A DNA stretch of 64,000 bases from an uncultured virus (IMG/VR IMGVR_UViG_3300033066_002433) (Duplodnaviria > Heunggongvirae > Uroviricota > Caudoviricetes). Location of the stretch: IMG/VR virus record IMGVR_UViG_3300033066_002433. One strand, 5' to 3'. The notes beneath the pieces were generated by a model. That model worked only from the letters and a program-made list of their open reading frames with translations. It was not told the origin of the DNA and searched no databases. The position numbers and the translations under genes were made by a program. Of this stretch, positions 23,776 through 34,533 are shown one piece after another (the stretch's first letter is position 1; every line of letters begins with the position of its first letter).

Positions 23776-25344
23776 ATGAAGAAATTTTCCTGTGTGCCCA
23801 ATAACGAAATGATTGATTTTTGGATAAAGAACAACCTAAACGTTCTAGTCTTCGGAAGACATGGTGTTGGCAAAACTTCAATCATGCTCGATGGATTCAA
23901 GCGTAATAATGTCAAATTTATGCAATTTTCAGCAGCAACAATGGACCCTTGGGTTGACTTTGTTGGTGTTCCGCAAAAATCAGAGGATGAAAAAGGTTCT
24001 TATCTTGAATTAATAAGACCTAAAGCATTTCGAGACAACGAAATTGAAGCTCTATTTTTTGACGAACTTAATCGTTCTCACAAGAAAGTTCGCAATGCGG
24101 TTATGGAATTGATACAGTTCAAATCTATCAATGGCAAAAGCTTTCCTAATTTGCGAATGATTTGGGCAGCAGTTAATCCTGATAATGATAACGACCTAAA
24201 GTATGATGTTGAAAGTCTTGACGGGGCGCAAGAAGACCGTTTTCAAGTACACATCGAAATCCCATACAAACCTTATGTTCCGTATTTCAGAGAAAAGTAC
24301 GGCAAAGAAGCTACTCAATCTTTAGTTAACTGGTGGAACGACCTATCTGAAGAAATGAAATTGCAAGTTTCTCCAAGAAGGCTTGAATATGCTCTTCAAA
24401 TGTACAAAGCTGGAGGAAAATTAGAACACGTTTTACCTCCTACTTCAAATGTAAGTAAGCTTGAATATTCACTCATTAATGGGTGGCCTGTAGAAACATA
24501 CAGAAAACTAAAAGCTGAAGGAAATGAAGAAAAAATAAAATCTTGGCTTGGAGACGAGAACAACTATTCAGCAGTAAAAGATTTAATCATTTCAAGACCA
24601 GAAGAATGTTTACACTTGTTATCAGAAGAAAATATATGTTCTCTTTTATACATTTCTAGCAGAGTAATGGAATATGTTTTTTCTAATCATGATAAATTCA
24701 TAAACACAATAAAAGCTCTTGCAGGAAATGCCAAAAACACAGCCATCAAAGATAAAGCTACAGCAGCTCTTAATAGAATAAATTATCCTGGCTTAAGTAA
24801 ACAGCCGTCAGCTTTTATTGTTGACCGCAACTACTCTGGAATAAACATAAAAACACCAAAAACAATATTAAATGCCGCCAAAAATATAAAATCATTTGAA
24901 TGGGCCAACGACTCCAAAATAACATTTGAAGTTGAGAAAAGAACACATTATAATCTTTATCCTAATTTAGCTGAGATAACTCGTGCAATAAATAAATGCA
25001 AATCTGAGCCAAATGAAAAAATGAGAATATGTAACTCGATCATCAAGCTTATTAAAAATATCAGAATTATGTCAGAATCGGAACTAAAGATATCGCTTCA
25101 AGCAATTGATTGGGTTGCTTCTAAAACCCAAAAAAACGCGATACTCAACAAAGCGGAAAATATTATACCTGCTATTAATAAATGCGTAGTAGGAATACGA
25201 AACTCCAATCCATCTTTTAGAGTACAAGATTTTATTTCCGCATACCCCAACATTTCAGGTAAGCTAATATCAAGCAGCTATTATCTTCAGAAATGGTGTA
25301 TTGCTCCACCCAATGCTATAGCTCAGTTAGTAACAAGCCCATAA
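23776..25344 (+). CDS. MoxR/AAA_5-like ATPase, paralog 2
   Basis: Same motifs as 18801..20438; divergent C-terminus. Confidence 0.85.
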   Translation: MKKFSCVPNNEMIDFWIKNNLNVLVFGRHGVGKTSIMLDGFKRNNVKFMQFSAATMDPWVDFVGVPQKSEDEKGSYLELIRPKAFRDNEIEALFFDELNRSHKKVRNAVMELIQFKSINGKSFPNLRMIWAAVNPDNDNDLKYDVESLDGAQEDRFQVHIEIPYKPYVPYFREKYGKEATQSLVNWWNDLSEEMKLQVSPRRLEYALQMYKAGGKLEHVLPPTSNVSKLEYSLINGWPVETYRKLKAEGNEEKIKSWLGDENNYSAVKDLIISRPEECLHLLSEENICSLLYISSRVMEYVFSNHDKFINTIKALAGNAKNTAIKDKATAALNRINYPGLSKQPSAFIVDRNYSGINIKTPKTILNAAKNIKSFEWANDSKITFEVEKRTHYNLYPNLAEITRAINKCKSEPNEKMRICNSIIKLIKNIRIMSESELKISLQAIDWVASKTQKNAILNKAENIIPAINKCVVGIRNSNPSFRVQDFISAYPNISGKLISSSYYLQKWCIAPPNAIAQLVTSP

Positions 25345-25354
25345 AGGAAGAAAA

Positions 25355-25936
25355 ATGAAAACAGCAAAGAATCGCAAAAAAACAATCAACAAACTTAAGG
25401 AAGCGATTGTTTATTTATCTGGACCAATTGACAAAGCAGCAGACCTTGGTAAGGGATGGAGAGAAGAATTCATCAAAAAAGCCAAACACTTAAAAATGCA
25501 GGTTATCGATCCCTGCAACAAGCCTGCGTCATTTGTTCATGAAGTAAAAGGCGACGTTAGGACTGTTACCGTTCTTCGAAATAATAAGAAATGGACAGAA
25601 CTTCAGGAATTTGTAAAAAAGTTTCGCAGAGAAGATCTGAGATTTACGGATGCTTCTGATTTTTTAGTTGTATATATTGATCCAGATGTTCCTTCATACG
25701 GAACTCTCGACGAACTCTTCACGGCAGAAGATCAGAAAAAACCATGTTTCTGTATAGTCAAGGGAGGCATTTCTTGCCTTCCAACATGGCTATTTGGAGT
25801 CTTTAAGCTTGAAGAAATCTTTTCTTCAGTTGATGAATGTATTGAACATCTAAACGAAATAAACTGTGGGAAAATCGAAATGGATCGTCGTTGGGTTCTT
25901 TTCCGTAAACAACTTAGAGAACAATCGGAAAGATAA
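25355..25936 (+). CDS. Nucleoside 2-deoxyribosyltransferase-like protein
   Basis: 'VYLSGPID...WRE...DL...SD...GTLDEL'. Confidence 0.75.
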   Translation: MKTAKNRKKTINKLKEAIVYLSGPIDKAADLGKGWREEFIKKAKHLKMQVIDPCNKPASFVHEVKGDVRTVTVLRNNKKWTELQEFVKKFRREDLRFTDASDFLVVYIDPDVPSYGTLDELFTAEDQKKPCFCIVKGGISCLPTWLFGVFKLEEIFSSVDECIEHLNEINCGKIEMDRRWVLFRKQLREQSER

Positions 25937-25938
25937 AT

Positions 25939-26817
25939 ATGTATCTCAGGTGGGTAGGCGGGAAAGGAATGATAGCACAAGAGCTTATCAGTCGTTTCCC
26001 AAGAGTATCAATAAGTCACTATTTAGAACCGTTTTTTGGTTCTGGAGCTGTCTATTTTTCCTGGTATAATAAGCTTATTGAAAACAATATTTTCTATGAA
26101 TTGCCATCTAGATTTACGTTTAGTGATACGAATAAATTTCTTATCAATTGTCACATTCAAGTAAGAGACAATGTAGAAAAAGTTATAGAAAAAGTATCAG
26201 AATTCGAAGCAGGATATAAAGAATCGTTTGAAAAAGCTTTTCCTTTTTATAGTAAAATTAGAGAAACAGTTACTGACGACGACGAACTTACAAAAACTCC
26301 CATATTGTCAGCAGCAAAATTCATATTTATCAATAAAACATGCTTCAATAGTCTATGGAGAGTTAAGAAAGATGGCAAATTCAATGGTTCATATGGCAAA
26401 AGATTTAGAAACGCATCTTTTGATTACGAAGCAATGAAAAGATCATCTAAAATGCTAGAAAACGTTACAATATATGAACGAGAATTTGATCAGATTGACG
26501 ATGATGAATTAGATAAAAATACATTCGTATATTTAGACCCACCATACGTTCCTCTTAATAACACTTCATATTTTACTTCTTATACTTCAAAGGGTTTCAC
26601 TATGGATGAAGATCTAACAAGGATTGTTAATTTTTGCAAAAGGCTTGACTCTAAGGGAACTAAATGGATGATGTCAAACAGCGATTCTTCTCAAGTCAAG
26701 ACTGCTTTCTGCGATTGGAATATAAGCACAATAAATGTTCACAGACTCATAAAGCCTCTTAAAAACAAAGAACAAACAAGAGAAAAAGTAAAGGAAGTAG
26801 TTATTACAAACTACTAA
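25939..26817 (+). CDS. dam: Dam-family DNA adenine methyltransferase
   Basis: 'WVGGK', 'EPFFGSGAV', 'YLDPPY', 'EVVITNY'. Confidence 0.9.
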   Translation: MYLRWVGGKGMIAQELISRFPRVSISHYLEPFFGSGAVYFSWYNKLIENNIFYELPSRFTFSDTNKFLINCHIQVRDNVEKVIEKVSEFEAGYKESFEKAFPFYSKIRETVTDDDELTKTPILSAAKFIFINKTCFNSLWRVKKDGKFNGSYGKRFRNASFDYEAMKRSSKMLENVTIYEREFDQIDDDELDKNTFVYLDPPYVPLNNTSYFTSYTSKGFTMDEDLTRIVNFCKRLDSKGTKWMMSNSDSSQVKTAFCDWNISTINVHRLIKPLKNKEQTREKVKEVVITNY

Positions 26818-26822
26818 AAAAT

Positions 26823-27560
26823 ATGCTATTTAGATACTCGGGAAGCAAGTGGAAAGTTATTGAAAAGCTAAAAGCTTTGCCATCTCATAAAAGAATAGTA
26901 GAAGGCTATCTAGGATCTGGAGCTTTCTTGCTTTCAAACACAGCTCCAGGATTAGGAATAGATTTGAATCCTAATATTATTGATATGTGGAACTGGCTAA
27001 AAACAATCACTCCTCAAAGACTAGAAGAACTTGAGAAGCTTCGAGCAGAAGCTGTTGCTGCTGCTCCTGATAATAAACCAGATGTTAGAACATTAGGTTT
27101 ATCTGCTGGCGAACAGTTATATATGAGAGTCAACGTTACAGGAGTATATGTCGGGCAACTAAGTTCGTGGAAGATATACCCTAAATGGAGGCTTCCTGTT
27201 GAGAAAACAAGCGCAGAACTTGATAGACTCAAAAACATAGATGTTGTTCTTGGCAAAGCTCACGTTGATTATGTTGAGCAAGACGGTGATTTAGTATTCT
27301 TAGATCCGCCATATGCAGGAACTAAAGCAAACTATAAAATAGATGGCAAAAAAGGCATTGAAGAAGTTTATAATCCGCAGGATACGATAGATCTTATTAG
27401 CCGTCTTTCTTGTCCAGTTATTTTAACTTACGGAACAGATGCAAAAGCTACTTTTCCTCAATATGAATGGCAAGAAGTATTAAGAAAGAAAGTTCCGCTT
27501 ATCAGAAAAGGCGGAACCATTGAAAGAATTGAACACGTTGCTTATATTAACTGGAAATAA
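26823..27560 (+). CDS. DNA adenine methyltransferase (D12 class)
   Basis: 'RYSGSK', 'EGYLGSGA', 'FLDPPY'. Confidence 0.82.
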   Translation: MLFRYSGSKWKVIEKLKALPSHKRIVEGYLGSGAFLLSNTAPGLGIDLNPNIIDMWNWLKTITPQRLEELEKLRAEAVAAAPDNKPDVRTLGLSAGEQLYMRVNVTGVYVGQLSSWKIYPKWRLPVEKTSAELDRLKNIDVVLGKAHVDYVEQDGDLVFLDPPYAGTKANYKIDGKKGIEEVYNPQDTIDLISRLSCPVILTYGTDAKATFPQYEWQEVLRKKVPLIRKGGTIERIEHVAYINWK

Positions 27561-27562
27561 GC

Positions 27563-27949
27563 TTAGAATTGCCCCATCCCATTTTGCTGATCCATTCCTA
27601 CATTTGGCTGTTCAAGACTTCCTATTGGGTTTACTTCCGGCATCTGCATTTGAGGCATAGCAAACGGATCTTGAGACTGCTGTTGAATAGTGCCATTTCT
27701 CGCTTGAAGATTTTGCACAAGCTCTTGCTGAGAAGGAGTTAACTGTCCTCCTTGCTCAGAAGAAACTATAGACACAGCGGTAGTAATAGCCGCAGATAAT
27801 TCATGTTCATTATCTGCGCCGCTCATTTGATAAGAAAGGTCGTCATTAACTCCTGCTGTTTCGGGAGTATTTCTTGCGTTCCTAAGCCATGTTGTAACAA
27901 CAAAGGTTAGATCGTGGGTTCTTGTTGATTTTTTGTACCAATTACTCAT
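27563..27949 (-). CDS. hypothetical protein with MSNWYKKS motif and Gln-rich tail
   Basis: Probable start at 27949. Confidence 0.7.
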   Translation of the reverse strand: MSNWYKKSTRTHDLTFVVTTWLRNARNTPETAGVNDDLSYQMSGADNEHELSAAITTAVSIVSSEQGGQLTPSQQELVQNLQARNGTIQQQSQDPFAMPQMQMPEVNPIGSLEQPNVGMDQQNGMGQF

Positions 27950-28241
27950 TATTGTCTTCTTTTTTATATCCCATTCTCCACAAAGCCCTGGAAATATCAT
28001 CTCCAACTTGCGTTATTACATCTTCGTCAATATCCCAAAAACAAGCATGTAGCATTTCGTGAATAATAACTTCTAGCTCTTCTTGACCAACAAGGCTTTT
28101 GTGAATCTTGATTTTTCTTGCTGTATCGCTTGGATCAGTGCAGTAGCCTCTATCTGTTTTGCTAAGCGTACCGGCTTTTTCAAATGACCACCGCTTACCC
28201 CGTAGAGTGAACGAACGAACTTTACGTTTGCGTGTAGCCAT
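27942..28241 (-). CDS. Small HEXXH metallopeptidase-like protein
   Basis: 'VIIHEMLHA'. Confidence 0.7.
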   Translation of the reverse strand: MATRKRKVRSFTLRGKRWSFEKAGTLSKTDRGYCTDPSDTARKIKIHKSLVGQEELEVIIHEMLHACFWDIDEDVITQVGDDISRALWRMGYKKEDNNE

Positions 28242-28276
28242 AGTAACTTAAATACAATAGATTGAAACTTCTCCTT

Positions 28277-29191
28277 TCACGGAATTCGAATCCTCTTAAG
28301 CCAGTTAGCAAAATTGCTGTTTTTTAATAATTCATCAATACTGGAAATGTTCTTGGAAATAGAATTTTCTTTAATTGCGCATATTAAGTTTTGAGATGAT
28401 CGCTCTTCAAATCTATAATCAATGAAAAATTGTAATAACTTTTCGTTTCTGCTACAGTCCATGACAGCCGCAGTTCCGCTATGAAAACCTCTTTTACAAG
28501 CTGCTACAGGAATCCCCATAGCCAATGCCTTAAAGATAATACTGCTCGAATTTACTACAACTCCCCTACAACGAGCAAGACTATCAAATACATCTTCTAA
28601 AACATCAATTTCCCATCCATTATCAAGATACTTGGAATACAATGATAATGGATCTTTAGTTTTTGGATGACATCTTATAATAACTTTTGACTTTTTAGGT
28701 AAATACTTTTTACATTTTGCTAATAATTCTTCATCTTCATTTTTACGATACTGAAGGGCTATCATAATGGGACCATCAGCTTTAGATCCGACCCCTATAG
28801 GCCATCGAAGCGAACGAAGATAATCAAAAACTTCTTTTACATACGAATCGTCATAAGAATGATTGTTATAACCTTTTGCAACAATATTTGATGAAGCTCC
28901 ATATCCATTATCATCAAGATAATAAGAAAGGCCCCTATCAAGAAGACCATTTTCAAAAAAAAGCAAGTTTCTATCAAATTTTAGTTCTTCTTCTGATCTA
29001 GCAAAACAAACCCATGAAATAACGTTTGGCGATGCCTTTATCATTTCGGAATGCATAGAACCAGTGCAGCCGTCAAACAGTGGATTGTTTTGTAAATCAA
29101 TATCAAAAAGTCTACAAGCTCTCTTCATCATCAAGCAAAGAGATGTCTCATAAACGCCAGGCCATGTTATTAAAGAAGCAACTGCATTCAT
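28277..29191 (-). CDS. Capsule polysaccharide KpsS/KpsC-like glycosyltransferase
   Basis: 'FFENG', 'IALQ', 'IRCHPK', 'VVNSSS...ALAMGIPV'. Confidence 0.65.
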   Translation of the reverse strand: MNAVASLITWPGVYETSLCLMMKRACRLFDIDLQNNPLFDGCTGSMHSEMIKASPNVISWVCFARSEEELKFDRNLLFFENGLLDRGLSYYLDDNGYGASSNIVAKGYNNHSYDDSYVKEVFDYLRSLRWPIGVGSKADGPIMIALQYRKNEDEELLAKCKKYLPKKSKVIIRCHPKTKDPLSLYSKYLDNGWEIDVLEDVFDSLARCRGVVVNSSSIIFKALAMGIPVAACKRGFHSGTAAVMDCSRNEKLLQFFIDYRFEERSSQNLICAIKENSISKNISSIDELLKNSNFANWLKRIRIP

Positions 29192-30705
29192 GGGGTTATG
29201 TAACTAGCTTCTCGTTTAAAATTATTAGAAACAAGAAGACTCTTGACGCATCTTAGATCATAACCTTTTTCTTCAAGACGACGAGAAATATTAGAATGAC
29301 TATCTATCTTATTAACAGTATCAAACAAAGCGTGCATTGCTTCGCTTGGTAATGCAATTACCCCGCCAAACAGCGCCTGTACTTTTGGCATATCAAAAAC
29401 TTCGCTCGCTACAGCAAACAAATCTGGTCTGATTCCAGATTGATCTTCTAAACCACCATAACTAATATGATTTGTTTTGTCAGAAAAATCTGAACTTGCA
29501 GTACAGAAAACGGAATTTGGATGTTCTATAAATCCTGCCAAGAATTTTTCTATATATTGCTTTGGAAGCCTTACATGACCATCCAAAACAATAATAACTT
29601 GACCGCTTGTTCTTCTAAAAGCAGCCTCAAGTGAAGTTAGATAAGAATCTCCTTCAGGAATCATCCGAACTCCATCTATTTTTGACAACAACTGTCTATC
29701 AGTAACTCCAAGTTTATAAGTCGAAACAAGTATTTCATCAGGAGCCATTTTCCTAGGAATCAAAGCCCTAAGCACAGAATCATACACCGAACTTGATTCG
29801 TTTGGCATTACTATAACACTAACCTTGGGTACTTTCTTGAACTTTGTTATTTGCAATTTATCAAGAAGTTCAGAAGATTCTGAATAATCTGTTACTAATC
29901 TTCTAACAAGACGACCATATATTTCAGATTGTTCATTTTTTTTACCATGAATATGAGCAAATTTTGTAGCTGCCGTTCCGCTTCCTGTTATCATAAACCT
30001 AGGTGTTATGTTCATATGCTTTGCAAGAGCATACGGAAGATATTCGCTTAGAACATATTGAGGAACAAAAAAGGGAGTTCTAGATGACGGATCTTTCTTG
30101 CAAAGAAAATCAATTTCAGCAAACTGCGAATCAGTATTAGAGTTTACAATATCAAATATGGTTTGAGAAAGTTTATTGAAATAATCAGTATTGGAACCTG
30201 CTATGATACCATTCTTGTAAAATTTAGACTGTCCATTTAGCATTCCCGTTGTCCACCATTCAGGAAGACCATTTATGCTGTTGAATAGTTCCAGTTTTAT
30301 TGGAGTGTTCGTTTTAGAAGCATCAACAAAGACTTCTCGTTCCCAAAAAACTCCATTAGCTAAAAGCTCTTGAGGAATTGGACTAAAGGCATATGCATCA
30401 TAATCAACATGAACGAAAGGCTCTTTCTGCATGCCAATAGCATATGTTCTGCCAAGAGAGAACATATGAGGATTCTTTCCTCTCAATTCGTTCAGCGACA
30501 AATCTACGCTTGCAAAACTAAGACCAAGTTGATCAACAAGAAAATGCTTACCTATCTCATCTGTATAAAGATGAGGTAGTCCATAAGACTTTGTTATTGC
30601 TGCAACAGATAAAATCCACGACAAACTAAAAGAATCAGGATTGAACCATTTGTTATGCTTTGATCTTATGTACGGTTCTGACCAAAACGACATTATCGGC
30701 TTCAT
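29188..30705 (-). CDS. DUF6734-like domain plus GT2-like glycosyltransferase domain
   Basis: 'LYTD', 'PFVHVDYD'; 'PKVSVIVM...IVLDGH'. Confidence 0.6.
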   Translation of the reverse strand: MKPIMSFWSEPYIRSKHNKWFNPDSFSLSWILSVAAITKSYGLPHLYTDEIGKHFLVDQLGLSFASVDLSLNELRGKNPHMFSLGRTYAIGMQKEPFVHVDYDAYAFSPIPQELLANGVFWEREVFVDASKTNTPIKLELFNSINGLPEWWTTGMLNGQSKFYKNGIIAGSNTDYFNKLSQTIFDIVNSNTDSQFAEIDFLCKKDPSSRTPFFVPQYVLSEYLPYALAKHMNITPRFMITGSGTAATKFAHIHGKKNEQSEIYGRLVRRLVTDYSESSELLDKLQITKFKKVPKVSVIVMPNESSSVYDSVLRALIPRKMAPDEILVSTYKLGVTDRQLLSKIDGVRMIPEGDSYLTSLEAAFRRTSGQVIIVLDGHVRLPKQYIEKFLAGFIEHPNSVFCTASSDFSDKTNHISYGGLEDQSGIRPDLFAVASEVFDMPKVQALFGGVIALPSEAMHALFDTVNKIDSHSNISRRLEEKGYDLRCVKSLLVSNNFKREASYITP

Positions 30706-30715
30706 GTTCTACCTC

Positions 30716-32563
30716 TTAGATATCTTCTCCGCCACCAAGGAAGAAATTATTAGTTTGACTTCCTCCTGTTTGATTGATAATAGTTTTTGTGCCCGGAGAT
30801 CCTTCCGTATTATGTACAACTACATCTTCTGCTATAAAGTGAGCATAGTTTTCTACTTTCAAGTTGAAAGTATCAACTTTCTCATTTACCATTTCAATAG
30901 TATCAATTTCAATCTCTTCATCAGAAGAACTAAGCATCGCATAGCCCTTCTTTAGGTTTTGAGCTTCTACATATCTCCATACTTGACCAATCTTTACAAA
31001 AAACGGATGTTCATAAGAAGCTCTAATCTTGTTATTAATAAGATAATAAAAATCTTCGTTACCTGAATGAACAAGAAGAACTTTACCGCTTGTAAATCTA
31101 TTATCAGTTTTACTTGAAGATTGCCAGTTAAATTTATCTCCGTTCAAAGAAGGAACGCTATAGCTCATAACTTCATCATCAAGTTTAATGCTTTCTATAG
31201 CTTTCTTTTCCCCATTCTTCATTGTAACCATAGTTCCTCGAACAAAGCATGCTGTGCTTGTAGTTATTGGAGGTGGTGGAGAAGTTGGCGACGGAGTAGG
31301 TGGCGGTTCAGGAGGAACTGGAGCCGTAGGAATAGGCGGTGGTGTTGGCGGTGGTGTTGGCGGGGGAGTAGGAGGCGAAGTTGGGGGAGGGGATGGAGAT
31401 GATGGTGCTGGTGATGAAGGTGTTGGCGGTAGTGTTGGAGATGGAGTAGGTGGGGGTGTTGGAGGAGGCGTAGGAGGAGGAGAAACTGGAGAACACAAAA
31501 CAACTTTATAACAAAGAGTAAAATTGCCTACAGCATCTGGAGTAACCTTAAACACAGATAAAATATATTTATGTCTTCTTCTAACGCAAACTTGATTTGG
31601 ATTTCCAGTATTAATGGAGCTAAGAGCAGCAAGAGAATCGCAAGGACTAGAAGCGGAAATTCCAGTATCCCATATCGTTATATTCCAATTAGGATCGGGA
31701 CCAATAGAACCATCTGAAAGAAATCCTTCAACAGAAAATCTAATAGCAAAGTAATCATCAACAAGCCAATCATTTATATCGCCTGATCCTGGAATCTCAA
31801 AATTATACCAAACATTGGGGGCATTAAACGATGCTGATCCTCTGTTATCAATTGTTGCGCATACTGTTGACCCGGTTGTGCATCTTGTATCTGCAAAAGG
31901 ACCAACACTTCCTCCATTTCTAACATTCAATGAACCTCCCATACAATTATCATTGTCTGGAGGACATGGATTTGGGCCAGGAGTTGGACCAGGAGGAGAA
32001 GGTCCTGGGGATCCAGAAGGACCGCAGTCCGTATCAAGAGGATAGGAAACGTACATTTTTGCATGTAAATTTCTTAGTATATTTAATGAATATATAATCT
32101 CATTAATTCTAGATCCAATTTGCTCTGCGAATTCTACAATATTTGTTATTTCATTAGGATCTGGCGGTGACGTAAAATCAATACCATTTGGAGCGATATT
32201 GCTTATATCAACTATTGGTAATCCTGAATCATAATGGAAAAAGCCAACATAAATATTGCAATTAGGAAGCTTACCATATTCTTCAATTAAACTACCTTGA
32301 ACAAATTCTCGCACAGCATCTTGAAATCTTTCAAGAGAATCAGCAACTCCTATAGGACTTGTCGTGTCATATGCTTCTACATTTAGAAATGCATTTTCCG
32401 GAATTGCAAATCCGATTGAAACACCTGCTTGTCTCATTCGGATTGCTTCTGCTATCTGCGAAAAAATTGTATCAAAATTCGCAAACTCGAAAGCCTGAGG
32501 GGTGTACTCAGAAACTTTTTTGAAGCTAGTTACATATTGCGATAAATCAAATGGGTCTGGCAT
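30716..32563 (-). CDS. Pro/Thr/Ser-rich putative virion protein with C-terminal Hint (intein-like) domain
   Basis: PPT repeats; Hint 'CFVRGT...EHPF...FNLKV...VVVHN/T'. Confidence 0.8.
   Translation of the reverse strand: MPDPFDLSQYVTSFKKVSEYTPQAFEFANFDTIFSQIAEAIRMRQAGVSIGFAIPENAFLNVEAYDTTSPIGVADSLERFQDAVREFVQGSLIEEYGKLPNCNIYVGFFHYDSGLPIVDISNIAPNGIDFTSPPDPNEITNIVEFAEQIGSRINEIIYSLNILRNLHAKMYVSYPLDTDCGPSGSPGPSPPGPTPGPNPCPPDNDNCMGGSLNVRNGGSVGPFADTRCTTGSTVCATIDNRGSASFNAPNVWYNFEIPGSGDINDWLVDDYFAIRFSVEGFLSDGSIGPDPNWNITIWDTGISASSPCDSLAALSSINTGNPNQVCVRRRHKYILSVFKVTPDAVGNFTLCYKVVLCSPVSPPPTPPPTPPPTPSPTLPPTPSSPAPSSPSPPPTSPPTPPPTPPPTPPPIPTAPVPPEPPPTPSPTSPPPPITTSTACFVRGTMVTMKNGEKKAIESIKLDDEVMSYSVPSLNGDKFNWQSSSKTDNRFTSGKVLLVHSGNEDFYYLINNKIRASYEHPFFVKIGQVWRYVEAQNLKKGYAMLSSSDEEIEIDTIEMVNEKVDTFNLKVENYAHFIAEDVVVHNTEGSPGTKTIINQTGGSQTNNFFLGGGEDI
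31265..31490 (-). repeat. Low-complexity PPPT/PSPT-coding repeat
   Basis: Imperfect GGN/GGT-rich tandem repeats on the + strand. Confidence 0.8.
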
Positions 32564-32613
32564 ATCTGTATTTCTTTTCGACTATCTAGCCGTAAATTTT
32601 ACTCTGTCACAAG

Positions 32614-34521
32614 TTAGGTCCAATTTGTGTATACTCCACCAGAGATTTCGGCAATATATTCAAGTTTTTCTGTTCCTGATGAAACTCTTACGCCAACCGA
32701 AGTAAAAACTACACCAGGATTAGCGGCAAGAATATTATCTACAGAAGATCTAAGACTTTCTTGCCAATCCGTGGTTGTAGTTCCACAATCGTCAAAAGTT
32801 CCGTCTGAAAGTATAAATACACCTTTTAGGTCCGTAAAGTCTTGAGAAATATTTGAGAATGCGCTACAGAAATTTGTTAGACCAGAAGTAGGTGTCACAA
32901 AATATGTGTTAATAAATGCAATAACTTCATTTGCATCCGAATATGTTCGAAGTTGTTTTGTTATTTTACCGTAAGTGTCGCTAAACCACATAACGGTTAT
33001 TTTATCCCCGTATCTAACATAATCTGTAAGCATATTCGTAAGAGCTTCTTTGACGAGAGGAAGCCTATTTCCTGCCATTGTTGAACTTGTATCAATCATA
33101 AACAACCAATGCGATTGACCAAGAATAAATGGGAATGGTTGAACTCTGGTATCTTCTCCATTAAGTGTTGTTGTACATCCTATTGGGCTTGCCCCAAGAG
33201 TAGCTCCCAAAGAATTCGCAGAACCTAATATCACATTAACTGAGAATAGCTGTCCCGCCGAATTGGAAGAATAAATTCTATTGTCATTTATTTGCGCATC
33301 TGGATGAGTAGCAAAAGAAAGGGTTGTCATTCCTGAAAGAAGATCAGCAGGCGGGCTTTCTGATGTAACTCTTTCAATATTAGAAAACTGATTATCAACA
33401 ATTCTTAAATAACACAAGTTGTCATCATAAATTCCTAAAGGATCAGTGTTTTGAGCAAACACAAACCCTCCTATATTTTTATCATCAGCAGTTGGATCTG
33501 CCATCATTTGAGAAACATAACTAACAGCAACATAAGTAAAATGATTTGACTCATATCTTAGTTTCAGAAAAACAGGATATACAGTCGTTGTAGACCCAGA
33601 TGTAACATACATAGGACAGAAAACATATAAAACGTTATTGAAATAATTATATTCAAAGCTACACTTGTAAAGAGCTATTTCGTCTTCTGCCATCGGGAAA
33701 AATAATATATTTGGATTACTTATTTCGTGTATTTCAATTTTATTACCAATAATTGCATTATTTGAAGAATCTCCTGGAGACAATCTATAAATACCAGAAT
33801 CGGTCAAAATAACAAGAGAATTATCAGTAGGAAGCCATGTTATGTCAAAGATTCTTGTTATAGTTATTGGCAAATTGATTGCGCCTCTAAACACAAGAGG
33901 GCTTACCGCTAAAGCAAAATCATATGAATATAACGAATACTCAGAACCGTCATATGCGATATACCAAATTCTAGTAGCCCTTCCGATTCGTCCAGGAATT
34001 GGCAAATCAACACCAGGCACAGAAAGTTCTACTTGACAGCAACCTATCTGAGAATACAAAGAAAGTTCTGGATATCTAAAAACATTACTATTTAGACTAT
34101 TTGTAATAACTTCATAAGGCAACGAATCAATTTCGTTTGGAGAAACTCCAGAACAATTAGTATCGCTTTGATCAAAAGCGGCGCTTCTTGTAAATTCGAA
34201 AACATGCCTCTTATTCAAGTTAATAACTTCTTGATAAGTTTGCACATCGATAATAGCGTCTTGTAAATCATCAATAGATGGTCTAAACAAAAAATACCCA
34301 GGAGAAAGTAATGTATTAAAAGCCGGAACGGGTATTTCAACAGGAGAAGAGCAGTCTATGCTATTAGTTGCATATGCGCTAATAATATCTGGATTAGCGT
34401 TTTCACTTATATCAGATGGATTAACGGTTGAAAATGTAACAACAGCATCTCCGCTATCTCTTTCTCTAATAGTTAGAGTTTCGTGCCACCACTTTTTCTT
34501 ATTTCTAGATATTCTTGGCAT
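32614..34521 (-). CDS. Putative virion protein with C-terminal vWA domain
   Basis: 'IDTSSTM', 'GLTNF', 'LSDG'. Confidence 0.7.
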   Translation of the reverse strand: MPRISRNKKKWWHETLTIRERDSGDAVVTFSTVNPSDISENANPDIISAYATNSIDCSSPVEIPVPAFNTLLSPGYFLFRPSIDDLQDAIIDVQTYQEVINLNKRHVFEFTRSAAFDQSDTNCSGVSPNEIDSLPYEVITNSLNSNVFRYPELSLYSQIGCCQVELSVPGVDLPIPGRIGRATRIWYIAYDGSEYSLYSYDFALAVSPLVFRGAINLPITITRIFDITWLPTDNSLVILTDSGIYRLSPGDSSNNAIIGNKIEIHEISNPNILFFPMAEDEIALYKCSFEYNYFNNVLYVFCPMYVTSGSTTTVYPVFLKLRYESNHFTYVAVSYVSQMMADPTADDKNIGGFVFAQNTDPLGIYDDNLCYLRIVDNQFSNIERVTSESPPADLLSGMTTLSFATHPDAQINDNRIYSSNSAGQLFSVNVILGSANSLGATLGASPIGCTTTLNGEDTRVQPFPFILGQSHWLFMIDTSSTMAGNRLPLVKEALTNMLTDYVRYGDKITVMWFSDTYGKITKQLRTYSDANEVIAFINTYFVTPTSGLTNFCSAFSNISQDFTDLKGVFILSDGTFDDCGTTTTDWQESLRSSVDNILAANPGVVFTSVGVRVSSGTEKLEYIAEISGGVYTNWT

Positions 34522-34533
34522 CCATTAATCCTC

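Noticed and set aside
25939..27560. Restriction-modification system
   Set aside because: Two methyltransferases but no adjacent restriction endonuclease; likely orphan anti-restriction MTases.
31121..31511. Gly-, His- or Ser-rich alternative-frame ORFs
   Set aside because: Shadow frames of the PPT repeat.
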